A stretch of 64,000 bases of DNA from an uncultured Candidatus Saccharibacteria bacterium (lineage in GTDB: Bacteria; Patescibacteriota; Minisyncoccia; UBA6257; 1-14-0-10-40-38): NCBI GenBank assembly GCA_964543265.1, contig CAZIWN010000002.1, forward strand, positions 29,554 to 93,553, written 5' to 3'. The notes under the pieces were generated by a model, which was given only the letters and a program-made list of their open reading frames with translations, was not told the origin of the DNA and did not search any database. How positions within the stretch are numbered: the first letter of the stretch is position 1; each line of letters starts with the position of its first letter. Below are positions 57,237-64,000 of this stretch, one piece after another. Position numbers and translations under genes: made by a program.

Positions 57237-59199
57237 GAATGAAGGGAATAATTAGAAGGGCTACTATATTGATAACCTTTATTAAAGGATTGATTGCAGG
57301 TCCAGCCGTATCCTTATAAGGATCTCCCACAGTATCTCCTGTTACAGCCGCTTTATGCCAATCAGTTCCCTTTCCGCCCTGGCTCTCAATATATTTTTTA
57401 GCATTGTCCCAAGCAGCTCCACCGGTTGTCATAGAAATCCCGAGGAATAATCCCGAAACCATGCTTCCGATCAAGAATCCCGCTAAAGCTTCTGCGCCAA
57501 GCAAAAATCCAACCAACAAAACAAATATTATTGGAACAATAGCAGGCATCATCATCTTTTTTAATGCAGCCTTAGTCACGATATCAACAGCAGCTCCATA
57601 ATCTGGTTTTCCGGTCCCCTCCATTATTCCCTTTATTTCTCTAAATTGTCTCCTTACTTCTTCCACCACAGCCGAAGCAGCCAAACCAACCGCCTTCATG
57701 GCATATGAAGAAAATAAAAATGGAATAGTTCCCCCTAAAATGAGTCCGATTAAAACTTGTGGATTATCCAATCCTAAACCCAAATCAGGGATAGTCTTGT
57801 AAGCCTCAGCTGTATAAACAGAGAATAATGCTAAGGCACCCAATCCAGCAGAAGCTATTGCATAACCCTTTGTCACAGCTTTTGTAGTGTTTCCAACAGC
57901 ATCTAATGCGTCTGTAATTTTTCTAACTTCAGCTGGAGCTCCGGCCATTTCAGCAATTCCCCCAGCATTGTCAGTAATTGGTCCAAAAGAGTCTATTGCA
58001 ATAACCATTCCAGCCACAGACAACATCGAAACCGTAGCTATAGCAATTCCGATAAGACCATAAATCCAATAGCTGAAAAAGATTCCGGCTACAATCACTA
58101 AAATAGGTAAAAATACAGATTCCTGACTAACAGACAAACCCATAATCACGTTTGTTCCATGACCAGACTTTGAAGCTTCGGCAATAGATTTTACTGGTCT
58201 GAATTTTTTAGCTGTATAGTAATCTGTTATTAAAACCATAAGAACAGTTACGATGAGACCGACCACTGAACTCCAAAATATCATCATGCCTTCACCGCCA
58301 TCAAAATCTTTAAAAGCTAAATAAAAGAAAATTAAAGCAAATATTATTGTCGCCGCAAAACCTTTATAAAGGGCGCCCATTATATTTTCAGATTTTCCAA
58401 GCTTAACAAAGAAAGATCCTAAAATTGATGAAACTATTGCTAATCCGCCAATTATAAGAGGAACAAAAACTGCTGTTCCAACTCCACCGGTAACTGCAGC
58501 TATTAAAAGCATGGCCGCAGAAAGAGTGACTGCATAAGTTTCGAACAAGTCAGCCGCCATTCCAGCACAATCTCCAACATTATCTCCAACGTTATCAGCA
58601 ATAACGGCTGGATTCCTTGGATCATCTTCTGGAATATCCTTCTCAACCTTTCCAACCAAATCAGCTCCAACATCTGCCGCCTTGGTATAAATTCCCCCTC
58701 CTAATCTTGCGAATATCGAAATTAAACTAGCTCCAAATCCTAAACCTACCAACGCATTGATATCTTTTGTTATATAAACAAATCCCGCCACAGCTAGAAG
58801 TCCGAGTGCTACAACTAAAAATCCAGTCACAGATCCGGCCTTAAAAGCTAGAGAAAGAGCCGCCCCCATTCCCTTCTCAGCAGCCTTTGCGGTTTTTGAA
58901 TTAGATTTTACAGCCACCTTCATTCCGAGATATCCAGCTAAAGCAGATGCTCCTCCTCCAATTAAAAATCCTATAGCCATAACAGAACCCAAATATGCAT
59001 AAATCAAAACTCCCAAGACAATGGCTACGATTCCAATAGTTTTATATTGCCTCTTTAAATAAGCAGAAGATCCTTCCTGTATAGCCCTGGAAATTTCTTC
59101 CATCTTATCTGTTCCCTTTGGTTGCCTCTTTAACCAAAAGCTAATATATCCACTCCACAAAACAGCTATTATTATCGGTCCGAATATTAGATATTCCAT
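57232..59199 (-). CDS. hppA: membrane-bound proton-translocating pyrophosphatase (H+-PPase)
   Basis: 655 aa, ~15 TM. Conserved [61 protein letters not shown]. Confidence 0.9.
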   Translation of the reverse strand: MEYLIFGPIIIAVLWSGYISFWLKRQPKGTDKMEEISRAIQEGSSAYLKRQYKTIGIVAIVLGVLIYAYLGSVMAIGFLIGGGASALAGYLGMKVAVKSNSKTAKAAEKGMGAALSLAFKAGSVTGFLVVALGLLAVAGFVYITKDINALVGLGFGASLISIFARLGGGIYTKAADVGADLVGKVEKDIPEDDPRNPAVIADNVGDNVGDCAGMAADLFETYAVTLSAAMLLIAAVTGGVGTAVFVPLIIGGLAIVSSILGSFFVKLGKSENIMGALYKGFAATIIFALIFFYLAFKDFDGGEGMMIFWSSVVGLIVTVLMVLITDYYTAKKFRPVKSIAEASKSGHGTNVIMGLSVSQESVFLPILVIVAGIFFSYWIYGLIGIAIATVSMLSVAGMVIAIDSFGPITDNAGGIAEMAGAPAEVRKITDALDAVGNTTKAVTKGYAIASAGLGALALFSVYTAEAYKTIPDLGLGLDNPQVLIGLILGGTIPFLFSSYAMKAVGLAASAVVEEVRRQFREIKGIMEGTGKPDYGAAVDIVTKAALKKMMMPAIVPIIFVLLVGFLLGAEALAGFLIGSMVSGLFLGISMTTGGAAWDNAKKYIESQGGKGTDWHKAAVTGDTVGDPYKDTAGPAINPLIKVINIVALLIIPFIL

Positions 59200-59222
59200 A
59201 TTTTATTTATTTAATAATGTTT

Positions 59223-60446
59223 TTAATTAGAATCATTTTCCTCCGATTTTTCCTTATTTTCAAGCTCAGCCTCATTTGAAGCAGCATCTGGTTCTCCATT
59301 AGCCTGAACCTCTTCTGGTTTAGCCTCGCTTCTCACGTCTATCTTCCAGCCAGTTAGCTTTGCCGCCAAACGGACATTTTGCCCTCCGCGACCGATAGCT
59401 AAACTAAGCTCATTATCAGCTATTACCACCTTCGCTTCCCTGTTGGGGAGTATCTCTATAGATTTTGGTTTAGCTGGTGACAAAGCATTCATTATTAATT
59501 TCGAAGGATCCTCCGACCATTCAATAATATCAATTTTTTCTTGTCCTAATTCCGAAGAGACAGCCATAACTCTTGCTCCACGCTGACCAACGCAAGCGCC
59601 AACCGGATCAAGGGCTTCCGATTTTGAGTAAACCGCCATTTTTGTTCTACTTCCCTCTTCTCTAGCAATCGCCCTAATCTCAACAGTTCCATCATTAATT
59701 TCTGGAACTTCTAAAGCAAATAATTTACTAACAAATTTAGGATGACTTCTAGATAGTATTATTCCAGGACCTCTTCCATCGGTATTAATGGTTAACACTA
59801 AAAATTTAAATCTATCTCCCACATTATATCTTTCAAATCTAATACCTTCTCCAGGAAACATAACCCCTATTGCCCTCCCTAAATCGACATAAACATTTCC
59901 TCTTTCAATTCTTTGGATTGTTCCAGAAACAATTTCCCCCTCTCTATTTTTAAATTCAGAAGTTATAGATTCTCTTTCCGCGTCTCTGATTTTCTGTAAA
60001 ATAACTTGCTTTGCTGTTTGCGCAGCAATTCTTCCAAAGTCATCCATGGTTTCAAGAGGAAATTCCAATTCCTCACCCAATTCTACTGTTTTTTTAATCT
60101 TTTTAGCCTCATCTAAGAATATGTGCTTATCGGAATTATACTTAGGCAAAATTGTTCCATCTAATGGATCCGCATCAATCATTTCCTCTTCTCCTTCTTT
60201 CGGAATTCTAACAGTTGTTTCATCAACAACTATTTTAATTTGAGCAAATTTAAGATCGCCTGACTTTAAATCAAATTTTGCTTTAATAATTTCACCCTTC
60301 TTGTCGTATTCTTTTTTATAAGCAGCAGCAATAGACTGCTCTATAGCTTCTAATATTTTTTTAGCATCTATACCCTTCTCTTGAGCAAGTTGCTCAATCG
60401 CTCTCCTTAAATTTTTTAAATCTATCATCTTATTTTTTAAAACCAA
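59223..60446 (-). CDS. nusA: transcription termination/antitermination factor NusA (with acidic C-terminal tail)
   Basis: N-terminal RNAP-binding domain (ILEAIEQSIAAAYKKEY), S1 domain (GEIVSGTIQRIERGNVYVDLG), two KH domains (GACVGQRGARV; AIGRGGQNVRLAAKLTGWKIDV). Confidence 0.85.
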   Translation of the reverse strand: MVLKNKMIDLKNLRRAIEQLAQEKGIDAKKILEAIEQSIAAAYKKEYDKKGEIIKAKFDLKSGDLKFAQIKIVVDETTVRIPKEGEEEMIDADPLDGTILPKYNSDKHIFLDEAKKIKKTVELGEELEFPLETMDDFGRIAAQTAKQVILQKIRDAERESITSEFKNREGEIVSGTIQRIERGNVYVDLGRAIGVMFPGEGIRFERYNVGDRFKFLVLTINTDGRGPGIILSRSHPKFVSKLFALEVPEINDGTVEIRAIAREEGSRTKMAVYSKSEALDPVGACVGQRGARVMAVSSELGQEKIDIIEWSEDPSKLIMNALSPAKPKSIEILPNREAKVVIADNELSLAIGRGGQNVRLAAKLTGWKIDVRSEAKPEEVQANGEPDAASNEAELENKEKSEENDSN

Positions 60447-60593
60447 CTCTAATGATTTTAATTTTGTTTTTCTGAAGCCCCCGCAGTCTGTTTTGCTTGG
60501 ATTCCGCTTTAGCGGAAAAAAACTGACGAGGACTGAGTAAATTTTTCCGCAGGAGAAAAATTTACAGGCTAAAGAAAAACAAAATTAAAATTT

Positions 60594-60615
60594 TAGCCAC
60601 CTCGACGGGTGGCTA
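60594..60615 (-). terminator. hairpin downstream of recA (weak terminator candidate)
   Basis: TAGCCACCcgtcgaGGTGGCTA (minus), followed by an A/T-rich run but no clean T-tract. Confidence 0.35.
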
Positions 60616-60648
60616 AACAGCTTCAAACTTACTTCAATAATACCAATC

Positions 60649-61713
60649 TTATTCCTCTTGGTCAATAGAGGCCATGGGATTGGAATTTGCTGCCTCTTTC
60701 GTGACTTTTTCAAGTTCAGCTAGCATCTTTTTATCTTCTGCAAGCTTATTTTTTGCAGCCTCCATTCCAACTCCAACCTTTTCTCCCTTAAAAGAATAAG
60801 TCATTCCACTCTTAGTCACTACACCATATTTTATAGCTGCATTTAGAACGTCTGATTCATAAGATATTCCCGAACCATAAGAAACATCAAATTCAGCAAC
60901 TCTAAACGGTGGCGCAACCTTATTTTTTACAACCTTAGCCTTTACCCTATTTCCAATAATTTCATCACCCTTTTTTATTTGAGCAGTCTTTCTTATATCG
61001 ATTCTAACTGAAGAGTAAAATCTTAATGCTCTTCCTCCGGGAGTTGTCTCTGGATTACCAAACATAACTCCGATTTGCATTCTTATTTGATTTATAAAAA
61101 TAATTAAAGTATTAGATTTTGAAGATATTGCAGTTAACTTTCTTAAAGCCTGGCTCATTAACCTAGCCTGTAATCCTATAAATTGAGCCCCCATTTCGCC
61201 CTCTATCTCTGCCTTAGGAGTTAAAGCAGCCACAGAATCAACCACCACCACATCGATTATTTCGCTTCTAACTAAACTCTCTAAAATATTTAAAGCCTCC
61301 TCTCCATTATCTGGTTGAGAAATTAAAAGCTCTCTCGTCTTAACGCCAAGCTTCTCAGCATAATCAGGATCAAGTGCGTGCTCCGCATCTATAAATGCTG
61401 CCTTTCCACCCATTTTCTGAGCTTGAGCAACTACATTTAGGGCCAAGGTTGTTTTTCCAGAACTCTCTGGACCAAAAACTTCAACAATCCTACCCTTAGG
61501 AAATCCGCCCACACCCAGCGCAAGATCTAAAGAAAAAGATCCGCTAGGAATAGCCTCAACGTTCATTTTTTTAGTATCCCCAAGCTTCATTATTGATCCT
61601 TCTCCAAATTTATCCTGTAAAGCTTCTAGTAATTTATCAACATCTTTAAATTGTCCTTCGGCTCTTTTTTCCTCTTTAGTTTTCTCTGCCTCCTTATTTT
61701 TTTTAAATGCCAT
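60649..61713 (-). CDS. recA: recombinase RecA
   Basis: Walker [13 protein letters not shown], loop L1/L2 regions, and [12 protein letters not shown] are all RecA hallmarks. Confidence 0.95.
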   Translation of the reverse strand: MAFKKNKEAEKTKEEKRAEGQFKDVDKLLEALQDKFGEGSIMKLGDTKKMNVEAIPSGSFSLDLALGVGGFPKGRIVEVFGPESSGKTTLALNVVAQAQKMGGKAAFIDAEHALDPDYAEKLGVKTRELLISQPDNGEEALNILESLVRSEIIDVVVVDSVAALTPKAEIEGEMGAQFIGLQARLMSQALRKLTAISSKSNTLIIFINQIRMQIGVMFGNPETTPGGRALRFYSSVRIDIRKTAQIKKGDEIIGNRVKAKVVKNKVAPPFRVAEFDVSYGSGISYESDVLNAAIKYGVVTKSGMTYSFKGEKVGVGMEAAKNKLAEDKKMLAELEKVTKEAANSNPMASIDQEE

Positions 61714-61725
61714 ATTTATAATTAA

Positions 61726-62409
61726 TTATTGATTTGTATTTATTTTATCACCATTCAATAAACTTTCCTCTACTTTTTGAGCGCTTGCTTCATATATTAT
61801 TTCTCTTTCAATCACCCTTTCTGATCCAAAAAGCTTTTTAGCAGATACCTTAAGCGTATTAATTCCGGAATTAAGTTCTATTTTTTTAGAAAAACTACCA
61901 TCAGTATCAACTAAAACCTCTTCATTATCTATTAAAACTTTAGCTTCTGGATTTGTTTTGCCTAAAATCAAGAAAGTGCTAGTCGATATTGTTAAAGTGT
62001 CTTCTGGAAAATTCAATAAACTAAGTTCAACTGATTTAAGATGATTAAATGCCTGAATGCTGAAATATAAAATAATAAGCAAAGCCAAAGAAGACAGTGC
62101 TAAAAATTTAATATTTAATGTTTTAATCGCAAATCTATTTCTGGGAAGCTCGTCAGCCACCCCAGACCTCTTAAGCTGAAGGGTGTCTTTATAAAATCCC
62201 CAAAGTTCGTCAAACTCAATTCCTAAAAATTTAGCTAAAATAACTATATATCCCCTAACATAAGGAAGAGCTGGTAAATTTTTATATTCACCAGAAAAAA
62301 TAGCATCCAAAAATCTTGGAGAAATTCCTGTTTGAGATTTTAATCTCGCTAAATCAAGTCCTTTTTCTGAAAGCTTTTCGCTTAATAGCTCTTGAAGAGA
62401 CTTTTCCAT
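61726..62409 (-). CDS. RodZ-like protein (N-terminal XRE-type HTH, single TM, extracytoplasmic domain)
   Basis: LARLKSQTGISPRFLDAIFSGEYKNLPALPYVRGYIVILAKFLGIE matches the RodZ HTH (...ALPGPAFVRGFLRNYA...). A TM LALSSLALLIILYFSI follows. Confidence 0.6.
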   Translation of the reverse strand: MEKSLQELLSEKLSEKGLDLARLKSQTGISPRFLDAIFSGEYKNLPALPYVRGYIVILAKFLGIEFDELWGFYKDTLQLKRSGVADELPRNRFAIKTLNIKFLALSSLALLIILYFSIQAFNHLKSVELSLLNFPEDTLTISTSTFLILGKTNPEAKVLIDNEEVLVDTDGSFSKKIELNSGINTLKVSAKKLFGSERVIEREIIYEASAQKVEESLLNGDKINTNQ

Positions 62410-62421
62410 GATAACCCTAGT

Positions 62422-64000
62422 CTAAACCTCTTCATCCATAGGAATCAAGATTTCCCTTGGCTTTGCGCCGTCTCCGGGACCAATAACTCCTTTTTCCTCC
62501 ATAAGATCAATAAGTCTTGCGGCTCTAGCATAACCAACGCGAAGCCTTCTTTGAAGTAATGATGATGATGCCTTCTTCGCTTCTCTCACTATCTCTATCG
62601 CCTCTCTTAAAAGATCGTCATCGTCGCCATTTTCCATATACTTATCAAACATTTGATCATTTTTTGCTTCCCCATTTTCAAAACCACTCAGAACACCTGG
62701 AGCTTTTTCCTTAGTTACATCTTCTAGAATTTTCTCTAAGTGCTTTGTTTCTGGGGCAGTACCCTCTTCTTCTTGAGAGTTGTTATTTTTTAAGAAATTA
62801 GTCACCCCAACAATTTCTTCCTCTGTTATAAACGGCGCCTGAATTCTTTTTGGTTTTGAGTATTCTTGAGACAGCAGCAATAAGTCACCTCCTCCTAATA
62901 ATTTTTCGGCTCCGGCAGTATCTAAAATTGTCTTTGAATCGATTTGGCTTCCCACCTTCAAAGCTAATCTAGTAGTAATATTTGCCTTAATTAACCCAGT
63001 TACAACATCCACCGATGGTCTCTGAGTTGAAAGAAGTAGATGTATTCCTGTAGCTCTAGCCATCTGAGCCAACCTAACAATAGAACCCTCAACGTCTTTT
63101 CCATATCTAGCCATTAAATCGGCCATTTCATCTATAACTATCATTATATAAGGCAATTTCTCTTTAGCCTTAGCATTATAACTCTTTATATCCCTCGAAC
63201 CATTCTCTTGAAGTAATTGATAGCGCTTATCCATTTCATCTATCGCCCACCTAAAAACTCCCATAGATTTTTTTACATCTGTTATAACTGGAGCAACCAA
63301 ATGAGGAATTCCATCGTAGTGAGCCAACTCAACTCTTTTTGGATCTATTAAAATTAATTTCAGAGTTTGTGGCGAATTCTTATATAAAAGAGAAATTAAA
63401 ATACTATGAATTGAAATTGATTTTCCCGAGCCAGAGCTTCCAGCAATCATCATGTGTGGCATTTTTTCAATATTGGCGAATATCGGTTCTCCACTAACGT
63501 CCCTACCAGCAGGAAAAACTAATGGGTCAGCATCTATAAAATCCTTATAAGAAAGAAGATTGCCCAATCTTACAATAGCTGCGGTTTTATTTGGCACCTC
63601 AATTCCCACCAAAGACTTACCTGGAATTGGCGCCTCAATCCTTATTGGATGAGCGGCTAAAGCAAGGGCTATGTCTTGGTTTAATGAGGTTATTTTGGCA
63701 ATTTTAACTCCCTCTGCTGGTTTTAATGTATATCTGGTAACTTTTGGGCCAATATTAATTTCACCCATCTCTACAGGAATTCCAAAACTCTCCAAAGTTC
63801 TTTTTATTATATTAGCGCTACTTCTTAAATCTCCTGACGTAGGTTTCTCAACTGCGGTTTTTAAAAGAGACATTGGTGGAGCAACATACTCTTTCGCATT
63901 AGAGATAGCTGATTTTATATTTAAATTAACTTTTTCTTTAGATTCTGCAACAACGGGCTCAAACTCTTTCTCTTTTTTCTCTTTTTCTTTTTTATTTTCA
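62422..64000 (-). CDS. ftsK: DNA translocase FtsK/SpoIIIE, C-terminal motor domain plus gamma domain; 5' end lies beyond the window
   Basis: Walker A MMIAGSSGSGKSISI, Walker B IMIVIDEMADL, gamma-domain wHTH LLQRRLRVGYARAARLIDLMEEKGVIGP. The reading frame stays open upstream of the track's Met at 63873 (...EKEKKEKEFEPVVAESKEKVNLNIKSAISNAKEYVAPPMSLL), so the gene is truncated by the window edge. Confidence 0.85.
   Translation of the reverse strand, partial: ENKKEKEKKEKEFEPVVAESKEKVNLNIKSAISNAKEYVAPPMSLLKTAVEKPTSGDLRSSANIIKRTLESFGIPVEMGEINIGPKVTRYTLKPAEGVKIAKITSLNQDIALALAAHPIRIEAPIPGKSLVGIEVPNKTAAIVRLGNLLSYKDFIDADPLVFPAGRDVSGEPIFANIEKMPHMMIAGSSGSGKSISIHSILISLLYKNSPQTLKLILIDPKRVELAHYDGIPHLVAPVITDVKKSMGVFRWAIDEMDKRYQLLQENGSRDIKSYNAKAKEKLPYIMIVIDEMADLMARYGKDVEGSIVRLAQMARATGIHLLLSTQRPSVDVVTGLIKANITTRLALKVGSQIDSKTILDTAGAEKLLGGGDLLLLSQEYSKPKRIQAPFITEEEIVGVTNFLKNNNSQEEEGTAPETKHLEKILEDVTKEKAPGVLSGFENGEAKNDQMFDKYMENGDDDDLLREAIEIVREAKKASSSLLQRRLRVGYARAARLIDLMEEKGVIGPGDGAKPREILIPMDEEV

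Overview
This 64 kb window reads as a low-GC (about one-third G+C), gene-dense bacterial chromosome segment in standard genetic code. The compact core proteins (RpoB 1060 aa, RpoC 1196 aa, AlaRS 581 aa), a RodZ-like protein, an H+-pyrophosphatase and many secreted coiled-coil proteins fit a Patescibacteria/CPR-like organism, but that placement is inference only. Most content is core housekeeping: rpsK'(partial)-rpsM-rpmJ-infA, a 5'-3' exonuclease, mutM, alaS, the dnaG-rpoD operon and rpmB. One long minus-strand co-directional block holds 23S-5S rRNA (no 16S), cell-wall genes (rodA, mltG), rpoB-rpoC and rpsF-ssb-rpsR. Further on come clpB, hppA (H+-PPase), nusA, recA, a rodZ-like gene and a partial ftsK. 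Two tRNAs are present: Pro(GGG) and Ala(CGC). There is no CRISPR array, integrase, transposase or recognisable defense system. Three accessory-looking stretches stand out. (1) A VirD4/TraD/TrwB-like type IV coupling-protein ATPase is translationally coupled to a small unknown ORF. It sits beside tRNA-Pro and divergent from a 1406-aa cell-wall-anchored adhesin built from a beta-helix, five tandem Calx-beta repeats, an FN3 domain and two peptidoglycan-binding domains. (2) A roughly 12 kb glycosylation island carries two SAM methyltransferases, a GtrA-GT fusion, three GT family 1 (GT4-type, termed GT1 below) enzymes, an NAD-epimerase-GT fusion and a divergent GT. It is convergent with a 1131-aa Ser/Thr-rich, PG-binding, signal-peptide surface protein, making it a candidate surface/S-layer glycoprotein O-glycosylation system. 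(3) There are several promoter/terminator-delimited non-coding elements: a ~120-nt transcription unit upstream of the surface-protein gene, a GC-rich element with 15-bp perfect inverted repeats in the hppA 3' UTR, and a 23S processing stem. All calls rest on motif-level reading of the translations and sequence; no database search was possible.
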